Shown piece after piece: positions 55,839 through 64,000 of a stretch of 64,000 bases of DNA. Positions within the stretch are counted from its first letter, which is position 1. Every line of letters starts with the position of its first letter. The notes below the pieces were generated by a model. That model saw only the letters and a list, made by a program, of their open reading frames with translations. It did not search any database and was not told the DNA's origin. The stretch is from Candidatus Latescibacterota bacterium. GTDB lineage: Bacteria; Latescibacterota; UBA2968; UBA8231. The stretch is taken from contig OZ253462.1 in assembly GCA_965261395.1 (NCBI GenBank), positions 4,960,001 through 5,024,000 of the forward strand, given 5' to 3'. A program made the position numbers and the translations under genes.

Positions 55839-55922
55839 TGGGTTCCTTCCCTTACTACTGACATATTGCTGACACGACTTTTTCGCCGCTATAGCGTGGT
55901 TGTCATAACTCCTTGTTTTTAT

Positions 55923-55998
<76 letters not shown>

Positions 55999-56031
55999 TC
56001 TCCCTCAAATTATACGCCATCGGATTATCCT

Positions 56032-57783
56032 TTACAAATGCTGAGCCATCCGGCGCGCCAAGTCCCCGCGCGTTATGGGGTCGCGGCCCGCGAGGTCCGG
56101 CGATAGTCCTGCGGCCCGCAGGCGCTCGGCGGGCGCGCTAGCCAAAGCATCTGGATCAAAACGCAAATGATCGGCACAGCCCGGCCATATTCCCTCCACG
56201 GCCAGCATCTGCACGGCCGCAAAGGCCGGGTGCCCCAGCGGCACGTCCTCGTACCAATACAGCGGCACGCCGGCCGCCAACAAGGTCTGCTGGTACTGGC
56301 GGAGCAGAACCGCGCTGCTACACACGCTCGATGGGGTCCGTTGCTGGCCCAAGCAAAAAGCAGCCAAGGCACCAGCGGCCTCGCCGATATTCCACTCTAC
56401 GGGATGCAGCCGGTAGCAGCCATTGGTAATGTGCGTGGTGCCGATGTTCTTGCAGGCCGCTAGCAAGTTGTCCAAGTGCCGCGACACGAGCGCGCCTAAC
56501 GGGATCTGGAAGGGCTTGGTCGGCGCGATATACACTATGTCGGTGGCTTGGCCGTGGATGTCGATGGCGTACCAGCCCACGCCGACGCTGTCGCTAAAAG
56601 GAGCAGCGCGCGCATTGGGCTGGTGCGGGGCAGCTACCTCTTGCTCGACAATGGTCTTGCGCGCTTCGATGCGTCGGGACTCGCGGATGTAGGGGTGCTG
56701 GGAGAAGCCGTCGGCAGTCCCCATGATGTCGGGGCGCAGCCGCAACTCGGGATAACCGCGACCGCCGCCGTCGCGCGGCACCTCAGTTTGTAGCCAGTAC
56801 AACAATCCCAAACTCAGTTCCTTGGCCGCCGCTAGCTGCTGCGCTCGCTCGGCGGGCGGCACGTCGATAAGGGTGCCGCCGGCGTAGTCGTTACCCGGCC
56901 AGTTGATCAACGCCACGTCCCTAGGCACTTGCCCCTCGGCAAATTGATCGGCACACAACAGGCGGCGGTAGGCCCAAAAGGAGCCGGGCAAGTCGCCAGC
57001 GGTCTCAAAGAACCGGTACGTGCGCAGACCGCGGGCGTACTGCAAGGTCAAGGTGTAGGGCTGCTGGTCGCGGTGGCGCTCGTAGTTGGGCGGGCGGGGA
57101 ATGGTGTGATCTTGACCAAGGCAGAAATCGACCGCAAACGGGCAGGTAAAAGACTGAGTCAAATGCGGGGCGGGGCCTTCAGCGCGGGCGTGCGGCTCGC
57201 CGGTCTGGTCGCAGCTTTCAGCACCGGAGACATAGGGGACCGGCAGCAGGGGCAGCAGGTCGCCCAGCTCGGTGGCGTCGAGCACATACGCGGGGGCAAA
57301 GCGCAAGATGTGCGTGCCGCCGTCTTGGACGACATCTACGGTGCGGATGGACTGGCCTTGGACTTGGACGGCAGACGCGCGGGCGTGGTAGAACAGCATC
57401 AGGCGACCGGTTTCAACCTGGGGTACAACTAAGGACAGCAGGGCCGTTAGGCCGGCTCGCGGCTCAAAGCACAGGGCAGAGACCCATCCGGCCCCGGGGT
57501 TGAAGTGCGGGTCGTCTGGGTTTTTCAGTTTGTATTTGCGGCGATAGTACGCGCGGATGCCAGCGCGGAATTCGCCGTACAGAGCCGTGCCGCCAAAGTG
57601 CTCTATGTGCGGATGCTCGTCTAAGGCGGCGACACCCTGGCTGGTGGCTTGGCCGCCGAGCCACGGGTTTTCTTCGGTCAGGCAGACTCGATAGCCCAAG
57701 CGGGCGGCGCGCACGGCCGCGGCCACGCCGCCCAAGCCGCCGCCTAGGACCAAGATGTCGCATTCAATCGTGCGGGTTTCCAT
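56032..57783 (-). CDS. FAD-dependent oxidoreductase (FAD_oxidored family)
   Basis: GGGLGG.AAA, WLGGQ, DATELGD, PYIRESRR and CYRLHPVEW..GEAAG motifs. Confidence 0.88.
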   Translation of the reverse strand: METRTIECDILVLGGGLGGVAAAVRAARLGYRVCLTEENPWLGGQATSQGVAALDEHPHIEHFGGTALYGEFRAGIRAYYRRKYKLKNPDDPHFNPGAGWVSALCFEPRAGLTALLSLVVPQVETGRLMLFYHARASAVQVQGQSIRTVDVVQDGGTHILRFAPAYVLDATELGDLLPLLPVPYVSGAESCDQTGEPHARAEGPAPHLTQSFTCPFAVDFCLGQDHTIPRPPNYERHRDQQPYTLTLQYARGLRTYRFFETAGDLPGSFWAYRRLLCADQFAEGQVPRDVALINWPGNDYAGGTLIDVPPAERAQQLAAAKELSLGLLYWLQTEVPRDGGGRGYPELRLRPDIMGTADGFSQHPYIRESRRIEARKTIVEQEVAAPHQPNARAAPFSDSVGVGWYAIDIHGQATDIVYIAPTKPFQIPLGALVSRHLDNLLAACKNIGTTHITNGCYRLHPVEWNIGEAAGALAAFCLGQQRTPSSVCSSAVLLRQYQQTLLAAGVPLYWYEDVPLGHPAFAAVQMLAVEGIWPGCADHLRFDPDALASAPAERLRAAGLSPDLAGRDPITRGDLARRMAQHL

Positions 57784-57792
57784 GTCACGTGA

Positions 57793-57820
57793 GTAGGGGC
57801 GACCGGCCGGTTGCCCCTAC
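57793..57820. repeat. GTAG-type REP-like palindrome
   Basis: gtaggggcgaccggccggttgcccctac; supplies the TAG stop of the upstream minus-strand gene. Confidence 0.75.
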
Positions 57821-58650
57821 GATATCCACACGCTACCCAACGCGGCGGCCGTAGCCGCCACGGCTTCTTCCCGCTCCATGGCGCGCAGCCGCTGGCTGAA
57901 CGGCTCGACCATGACCGGCCCGTCGTAGCCAATGTGCTGCAAGGCGCTGAGGAATGCCGCGATGTCGATTACGCCAGTCGTCCCGGGCAAGTCGCGCACA
58001 TTGTCGAGCTGGTCGTCAATTTCTACGCCAGCCGGTGCGTCGTTGACGTGTACATCCACCACTTGCTGGGGGCGCAAGCGGCGCAGATCCGCAGCGGTTT
58101 CGTGGGCGGTGTACCAATGCCAGCTATCGAGTAGAAAGCCCGCGTTCTCGCCTACGGCTTGGCACAGTTCCGCCATTTGCTCCATCGTGTGGACAAACTC
58201 GTACTGCTTGCTCGACCACAGCGTTTTCGGCGCGACGTATTCCAAGCCCAACCGCACGCCTTCGTCGGCGAGTACCGCGGCGGCCGGCCGCAACCGCTCG
58301 ACGTGAAAGGCGAAGTTCTCTTGGTAGGTCAACTCGTCCGAGGTCGGCATAATCCAAGTCGCCGTCCGCCGCACCCCCAACGCCGCCGCCACCTTGGCCA
58401 ACGCCGGCAACTGCGCCAAGCTCGCTTGGTATGCGGCCTCCTCCCCGCGAAAATCAACGGGAAATCCCCACGCCGACAGGCGCACGCCCTTGCGCTCGGC
58501 CAATGCGAGGGCCTCTTCCGCGCCCATGGCCGCGACTTCGCCAATGCTAAAGTGATACCCGGCAAACCCGTGCCGCGCGGCCAAATCAAGTCCATCTGCG
58601 AGGTTTTCTACGCTTGCGCCGATAGCCCCCGGTGATAGCGAGCGGAACAT
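57817..58650 (-). CDS. Sugar phosphate isomerase/epimerase (xylose isomerase-like TIM barrel)
   Basis: GLE, LLDSWHW, HVND, R.LPG and GYDGP..VEPF metal ligands; SD AAGGAG. Confidence 0.87.
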   Translation of the reverse strand: MFRSLSPGAIGASVENLADGLDLAARHGFAGYHFSIGEVAAMGAEEALALAERKGVRLSAWGFPVDFRGEEAAYQASLAQLPALAKVAAALGVRRTATWIMPTSDELTYQENFAFHVERLRPAAAVLADEGVRLGLEYVAPKTLWSSKQYEFVHTMEQMAELCQAVGENAGFLLDSWHWYTAHETAADLRRLRPQQVVDVHVNDAPAGVEIDDQLDNVRDLPGTTGVIDIAAFLSALQHIGYDGPVMVEPFSQRLRAMEREEAVAATAAALGSVWIS

Positions 58651-58718
58651 AGCTTCTCCTTTTTGATTGATTGTTGGCGAGCCTAAGCGATGGTGTTGGC
58701 CGCTTAAAGCATCTCCGA

Positions 58719-60749
58719 TCATTTCGATGATTCTCTCAAGCTCTTCAATGATTCTCTCAAGCGCGTATAGTAGTCGAATAGCTCCCCGATACTTTCAGAA
58801 TGATTCATGTCCTTCGGAGTATTGCCATCTTTGTCTCTGGCGTTCATATCTGCTTCCGCATAGAGCAACACATCCACCATTTTAGGATGAGTGCGCCGCA
58901 CCGCATGGTGCAGCGGCGTCCAATCATCCTTGTCTGTGACGTTGACCTCTACTCCCGGTGCCTCGAGCAACAGACCCGCCACCGCAGAATGACCTTGCCA
59001 CGCGGCAAGGTGTAGCGGCGTCCGACCATCCTTGTCTGTGACGTTGACATACGCTTTCTCAGCGAGCAACACCTTCGCCGTCTCCACTGCATTTATCGCC
59101 GCGGCATAGTGCAGCGGCATCCAACCATCATCTTTGTCTGTGGCGTTGACCTCTACTCCCGGTGCCTCGAGCAACAGACCTGCCACCGCAGAATGACCTT
59201 GCCGCGCGGCATGGTGCAGCGGCGTCCGACCATCCTTGTCTGTGGCGTCGACCTCTACTCCCGGTGCCTCGAGCAACAGACCTGCCACCGCAGAATGACC
59301 TTGCCGCGCGGCATGGTGCAGCGGCGTCCGACCATCCTCGTCTGTGGCGTTGACATACGCTTTCCGAGCAAGAAACTCCTTCGCCATCTCCACCGCATTT
59401 ACCTCCGCTGCAAAGTGCAGTACCGTCCAACCAGACATCCAACCACCTTCGACTTTGGCGTGGATGTCCGCTCCCTTATTTAGCAAGTCTTTAGTTAGCC
59501 TAGGCAGGTTCAGTCTCACCGCAATATGCAGGTCTGGCTCACCCTCGTGCCCTTTATCCGGCTTTGGTCCGCGCCTTTCCCCCGTCTCTACGTAAAATCT
59601 GTCCAACTCCGCTTTCAACTCCGCTTCCTCCGCTTCTTCTCGACTCCTGTCCAACTCCGCTTTCTCCTGCCGCTTCTCCCACTCCTTTCGATAATTATCT
59701 ATATATTTATCGACTTCGACTAGGAGGAGAACTTGTAGGAGAACTTGTAGGAGAAAAGCAACTATTGAGGCTCTGGAAAACCACTTGAATCGGGGCTTAC
59801 GTGAAATTGGTCCCTGCTTAGTTGGAGGCACCTCATCGGCTGGCGGTTCCGGCTGCTGCATCATTTCCTTCCACTGCTCCACAGTCTGCGGACGCTTACG
59901 CGGATCTATCTCCAACGCCTTGTCAATCGCCTCACAAAACTCTGTTCTCTCTCCATCTACATTATAACACGGAGAGAACGTGTCATGATCCCCTTCCCTA
60001 TCATCCCCCTTTGGGGGGGGCATACTTGTCAACGCCTCATAGCACACCGCACCCAACGCATAAATATCCGTCCAAGGCCCTTGTTTCCTCCCCCGCCCAT
60101 ATTGCTCTGGCGGCGAATAGTGATCCGTCACCATCACCTTTTGATTCGGCCCCATCGGATGCGCTGCACCAAAGTCCAGCAACACCGGCGAAACTGACGA
60201 ATCAGACTTGCGCAAGATAATATTGCTCGGCTTGATATCCCGATGCAAAAAGTTCTTTTGATGTACCGCTTCTAAGGCATCCAGCAACGGAAATAGAATA
60301 TCTTTAAGTTCGTCTTCTCGCGGCGTTCCCCCCTTTTCCCTCAGATACTCCGACAAGTCTTGCCCTTCCACTAACTCCATTACGATGTAGGCTGTTTTAT
60401 ACGCCTCAAAGATGTCATAGAAGGGGACGATGTTAGGATGCTTAAACTTATTCAAAATTATAGCTTCATCGCGGAAGCTCTTCAAGCCTTCATCAAAATC
60501 ACCCTTTTTCTCTGGCACGGCCACGACGTCTGTCCCTTCACGACGGATAGCACACTCCTTGGGTAGATACTCCTTGATCGCCACGATTTTTTCCGGTTTA
60601 TGGTCATCTTTATAGGATCCCTTATAGATAATGCTAAACCCACCTCTTTTGAGTTCCTGGTTGAACGTAAGTCTCTTTTGGCCCGCCCCAATGTTCGTCA
60701 AAGGAGGCAACGCCAAGTGATGCAGTTCCCCATTCATACGTTTGTCCAT
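58719..60749 (-). CDS. Hanks-type Ser/Thr protein kinase - TM segment - ankyrin repeats
   Basis: VAIKE, HRDIKPSN, DFG, PEQ and DIYALG motifs; hydrophobic stretch; about 7 G.TPLH.AA ankyrin repeats. Confidence 0.92.
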   Translation of the reverse strand: MDKRMNGELHHLALPPLTNIGAGQKRLTFNQELKRGGFSIIYKGSYKDDHKPEKIVAIKEYLPKECAIRREGTDVVAVPEKKGDFDEGLKSFRDEAIILNKFKHPNIVPFYDIFEAYKTAYIVMELVEGQDLSEYLREKGGTPREDELKDILFPLLDALEAVHQKNFLHRDIKPSNIILRKSDSSVSPVLLDFGAAHPMGPNQKVMVTDHYSPPEQYGRGRKQGPWTDIYALGAVCYEALTSMPPPKGDDREGDHDTFSPCYNVDGERTEFCEAIDKALEIDPRKRPQTVEQWKEMMQQPEPPADEVPPTKQGPISRKPRFKWFSRASIVAFLLQVLLQVLLLVEVDKYIDNYRKEWEKRQEKAELDRSREEAEEAELKAELDRFYVETGERRGPKPDKGHEGEPDLHIAVRLNLPRLTKDLLNKGADIHAKVEGGWMSGWTVLHFAAEVNAVEMAKEFLARKAYVNATDEDGRTPLHHAARQGHSAVAGLLLEAPGVEVDATDKDGRTPLHHAARQGHSAVAGLLLEAPGVEVNATDKDDGWMPLHYAAAINAVETAKVLLAEKAYVNVTDKDGRTPLHLAAWQGHSAVAGLLLEAPGVEVNVTDKDDWTPLHHAVRRTHPKMVDVLLYAEADMNARDKDGNTPKDMNHSESIGELFDYYTRLRESLKSLRESSK
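58930..59354 (-). repeat. Near-identical 102-bp ankyrin-coding repeats
   Basis: Units start at 58930, 59134 and 59236 (ttgtctgtg.cgt.gacctctactcccggtgcctcgagcaacagacc...). Confidence 0.9.
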
Positions 60750-60989
60750 TCTTTCTTTTTTTACAGCCGTTCAATTCGGTTTCTCTACCCCCGCACGAGT
60801 GTTGTCCCCTGTCTTCCTCTCCTGATTCGGCGTCGGATGCCATTGGCACTTGAACATCAGAGCCTTTAGTGGGTTCAACATCCGTTGCCGTTGGCGTCTC
60901 AACCGCCGCATCTTCACCCCACCCAAGCCAACAAACTATCCCTAATAACACGACAAGGCATAGCAATATCCCCCGTCCGTCCCAGCGTT

Positions 60990-62516
60990 TTAATTGCGGC
61001 TTCCCCGAGCAGCTTCCCCCTCGTCCATAGCGACAAGTTCGAGTGTGGTCGTCTGATAATGACCGAGTAAAATCACGTCTGTCGGGCTTATAAATTCCTG
61101 TCGGATGGGTCTCTTCTCACTATTCCGCACAACATAACTACCATTTTTGCTGGAACAATCGGTGAGATAGTACGAGCCGCTTGGCGTCATAATCAGTTCG
61201 GCGTGGAGACGAGAGATCGAACGATCATTAATCTGAATGTCTACGCTCGGGCCATACCCGATTCGGTACACGGAAAAATTCGCTTGGCCTATAGCATCAA
61301 CCCGGCTTGGTTCGGACGCGGACGCCACGAATACCAAATTGCCCAGCGCAACTTTGGCACCATAGGCCAACCGCGTCGGCTTAAAGGGCTTCTTCAGACG
61401 CTTCCCGTTGAGAAACGTCCCATTGAGGGAGTTCAAATCTTCAACGTAAAACTTATCGCCCTTGGCGACAATTCGCAGATGCCGTCGGGATACCGTTTCA
61501 TCCGCGACGATTTCATCCACCAAATTGTGATGCCGACCCAGGGAAAGCCCCAAGCGTTGAGCGGCAAATCGGGCGAACGGCAACTCAATGCGGACATGGT
61601 TGCCGCGACCGTCAGAACCGTCCAGCACGAGGCCATATTCCGGTGCTTTTGCAACAGGCCTTATCCCTATGCGCCGACTCACCTGCTGGACGAACTGGAG
61701 CGGCTTCTCTAAGCCAACTACAACTACCAAAGCGACCAATACCACACCACCCAACAATAGCAGCCAGACGAGAGCCGCTCCCCAATTGCCGCCCTCTGAC
61801 TGAAAATCAATGTCATGGTCGTCCAACAGGTTTACCAATTCCCCTATATGAGAAGACAGGTATATGCCCACTGCTTTGGGCACCCGCTTCTTCTTGCCGG
61901 CTGGAGTGGTAATGTAGACGAGAGACGCCTGCGTATTGACGCCGATTACCCGGCCATAATCATCTAGTAAGGGGCCACCGCTGTTACCCGGATTGACCGC
62001 CGCATCGTGCTGAATAATCGTAAATTTTTTCGTGTACCCCCGTTCGTTCCACGAGCCATTATAAATTTCCCCAACGACGCCCTTATGCACGCTCGGATCG
62101 CGAGCCGGTCTGTTGCGGTCAGCCTCACTTGGATAGCCTATGGACCATACCTCTTGGCCTATTATGGGGAGTGCGAGCGAAAGCGTAATCGGCGGTAGGG
62201 TTATATCTGGACTATAGGCAATTGCGAGGTCCAGTTCGCGGGATATGGCAACTACTTCCACATCGTATCGCTTGCTAGAGTTTGCTGGGATGGCTTTGAT
62301 CGAATTGGCGTCGGCTATGACGTGGTAATTGGTCGCAATATAGCCTTGGTCGTTGATGGCGAATCCAGTACCAGCACGGGACTTTTGGCTGGTCTGGGTT
62401 ACGATGCGTACCACGCTCTTCTTAAGCGCGGTAAAGTCTGGCTGGGCAACGGCGCGGCACGGCAGCAGGAGAGCAAAAAGAAAAAAGACGAGACACCTGC
62501 GTCTGAAACTGTGCAA
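60990..62516 (-). CDS. Trypsin-like serine protease - TM - two FHA domains
   Basis: Signal peptide; TNYHV, DLA and GNSGGP triad; TM helix; GR...VSRRH...DLNSLNGT and ISRLH...SSKNGS FHA motifs. Confidence 0.88.
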   Translation of the reverse strand: MHSFRRRCLVFFLFALLLPCRAVAQPDFTALKKSVVRIVTQTSQKSRAGTGFAINDQGYIATNYHVIADANSIKAIPANSSKRYDVEVVAISRELDLAIAYSPDITLPPITLSLALPIIGQEVWSIGYPSEADRNRPARDPSVHKGVVGEIYNGSWNERGYTKKFTIIQHDAAVNPGNSGGPLLDDYGRVIGVNTQASLVYITTPAGKKKRVPKAVGIYLSSHIGELVNLLDDHDIDFQSEGGNWGAALVWLLLLGGVVLVALVVVVGLEKPLQFVQQVSRRIGIRPVAKAPEYGLVLDGSDGRGNHVRIELPFARFAAQRLGLSLGRHHNLVDEIVADETVSRRHLRIVAKGDKFYVEDLNSLNGTFLNGKRLKKPFKPTRLAYGAKVALGNLVFVASASEPSRVDAIGQANFSVYRIGYGPSVDIQINDRSISRLHAELIMTPSGSYYLTDCSSKNGSYVVRNSEKRPIRQEFISPTDVILLGHYQTTTLELVAMDEGEAARGSRN

Positions 62517-62519
62517 TGT

Positions 62520-62685
62520 TCACTCCTGAATTAAACTTACGGTAAAAACGACTGACCCAATCTCAAGCCGATCATTGTTTTGCAACAGCCCTGCTCACGG
62601 GGGTTGAGCAAGCGGCCATTCACCTTTGCACCATTCAGGGCATTCAAATCCTCTGCGTAGCCTGTGTGTTGCCCCTAACACTCAT
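62520..62685 (-). pseudogene. Deleted and frameshifted FHA-domain gene remnant
   Basis: Minus strand reads MSVRGNTQ.. / YAEDLNALNGAKVNGRLLNPREQ / LLQNNDRLEIGSVVFTVSLIQE* across frameshifts. Confidence 0.7.
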
Positions 62686-62687
62686 CC

Positions 62688-63485
62688 CTAATCTGAGTCC
62701 CCATCAGCTTGTGGCGCATACAGCAACACGGTCACATTGTCCTGATAGGGATGTCCAGCCGCTTCCACGGCTTGGATAAGGGCTTTGACGCTATCTTCCA
62801 ATGGCGCGTCCTGCTTTTCCTGCAAGATACGTGCGATCTTTGGCTTGTCTAAGGTCAGCAAACCATCGCTCGCCAATACCACTAGGTCGCCTTTTTCCAC
62901 CGCTACCGGCTGCCCCGACTCGTTGATCATCTCTATGCGGTCGCCCATGACCGCCGAGTTGAGCATATTCCGCCTTGGATCCTGCTCGGCCTCTTCCGCA
63001 GTCATGCGCCCCTCCGCCACGAGCTCGTCCAACTCCGACGCCATAGAATGATCGGCATTCAACCGCTTCAATTGCCCCTCATGGAACAACCACAACGGCG
63101 AATCGCCCACGCTAATCCAGTTCAGCCCTTCACTCGAAACAACAGCCGCGACCAAGGTCGAACCCATGCTAGCGAGTGCGGGGTTTTTAGCCACTTCCGC
63201 GGCAATAGCTGCGTTGGCCTTGCGGAGGCAGTGGTGGAGCCGATCGACGATAGAGCCAGAAGCCCGCGGATACTCCTTATATTCCTTGACAAAGGTCTTG
63301 CACAAAAGATCACTAGCCTCCGCACCGCCCACGTGGCCACCCATGCCATCGGCGACCAACAACAGGGCATGTTCTCCGTCGTCTAGGCCGAGATCGCGCT
63401 CATCCTTCGGGTAGTAGTTATCCTCTTGACGCTTCCGTTGGCCGAGAAGTTGATCTTTGGCAAAGCGCCCATCTAATACGTTCAT
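62688..63485 (-). CDS. PP2C-family Ser/Thr protein phosphatase
   Basis: R..QED, VADGMGGH, MGSTL, VGDS, DHS, LASDGL and DNVT motifs. Confidence 0.93.
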   Translation of the reverse strand: MNVLDGRFAKDQLLGQRKRQEDNYYPKDERDLGLDDGEHALLLVADGMGGHVGGAEASDLLCKTFVKEYKEYPRASGSIVDRLHHCLRKANAAIAAEVAKNPALASMGSTLVAAVVSSEGLNWISVGDSPLWLFHEGQLKRLNADHSMASELDELVAEGRMTAEEAEQDPRRNMLNSAVMGDRIEMINESGQPVAVEKGDLVVLASDGLLTLDKPKIARILQEKQDAPLEDSVKALIQAVEAAGHPYQDNVTVLLYAPQADGDSD

Positions 63486-63498
63486 TCTCCGCCCCACG

Positions 63499-64000
63499 TC
63501 ACACCGCCACATTATTCCGCGGCCGCCCCTCCAAAAACGCAATCACATTATCCACCGCGCCCTCGTTCAGCAAATCCACCCCCTCGGGCGTCTGATCCGC
63601 TGCATGAGGCGTCAGCGCCACCTGATCGCAATCGAGGATGGGATCGTCGCTTGGCAGTGGCTCCTGTGAAAACACGTCCAGTCCGGCCCCGCCCAAATGC
63701 CCGGACAACAGGGCATCGCGCAAGGCGTTGATGTCCAGCACATCGCCGCGCGCGCCGTTCAACACCAACGCCCCCTCCTTCATCAGGCCAAACTCACGCG
63801 CCCCGAGCAAATGCCGAGTATCCTCGGTCAACTGCACGTGCAGGCTGACCACATCCGCCGCCTGCAACAGCTCGTCGAGTTCGACGAAGCGCACCCCGTA
63901 TTCGGCTGCGCGCTGCGGTGACGGATTGAAGGTCCACGCGATGACCTCCATGCCAATGGCCCGCCCCAACCGCGCCATCTCCGCGCCAATCGGCCCCGTG
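63499..64000 (-). CDS. D-isomer-specific 2-hydroxyacid dehydrogenase; 5' part outside the window
   Basis: TGPIG (end of GxGxxG), DVVSLH, NGARG, GLDVF..EP and TPH motifs. Confidence 0.88.
   Translation of the reverse strand, partial: TGPIGAEMARLGRAIGMEVIAWTFNPSPQRAAEYGVRFVELDELLQAADVVSLHVQLTEDTRHLLGAREFGLMKEGALVLNGARGDVLDINALRDALLSGHLGGAGLDVFSQEPLPSDDPILDCDQVALTPHAADQTPEGVDLLNEGAVDNVIAFLEGRPRNNVAV

Noticed and set aside
53452-55922. Intact tRNA-anchored genomic island or prophage
   Set aside because: No integrase, phage gene or duplicated tRNA 3' end was found; it is reported only as a possible remnant.
58930-59354. Regularly spaced repeats as a possible CRISPR array
   Set aside because: The 102-bp coding ankyrin units have no unique spacers, and no cas genes are present in the window.
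60634-60966. 110-aa ORF between the protease and kinase genes
   Set aside because: It overlaps the kinase start, lacks a clear SD and has no recognisable domain; at most it is a gene remnant.

Overview
GC-rich bacterial chromosome segment. The gene families (CHU_C/FlgD-tailed secreted paralogs, a 'SWGxxK'-tailed protein, PhyH dioxygenase, ankyrin kinase, BMC vertex genes) suggest a Latescibacterota/FCB candidate-phylum organism, possibly host-associated; this is inference only. From left to right: (1) a MetF-type reductase, 5' truncated; (2) an ~18 kb envelope cluster with a parvulin chaperone, three paralogous secreted proteins ending in a 'PNxFTPNGD...AY' C-terminal domain, a 905-aa probable outer-membrane protein, a GT-C/TPR glycosyltransferase, a SWGxxK-tailed protein and a CRTAC1/TPR protein; (3) split methionine-synthase modules coupled to mnmG; (4) a DUF151 nuclease, radC and an in-frame Lnt-TatC fusion; (5) a catabolic operon followed by a foreign-looking Opp/Dpp ABC cassette that sits between 150-bp direct repeats and has no integrase; (6) manC, and ispH coupled to three microcompartment vertex genes; (7) a sigma54-driven PspA operon, an acyl-ACP desaturase and an ABC exporter; (8) a HEPN/MNT toxin-antitoxin pair next to tRNA-Thr; (9) a partly decayed PP2C / FHA / trypsin-FHA / Ser-Thr kinase-ankyrin signalling locus. 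I found no rRNA, CRISPR array, integrase or transposase. Product calls come from motif recognition by eye; no database searches were run.
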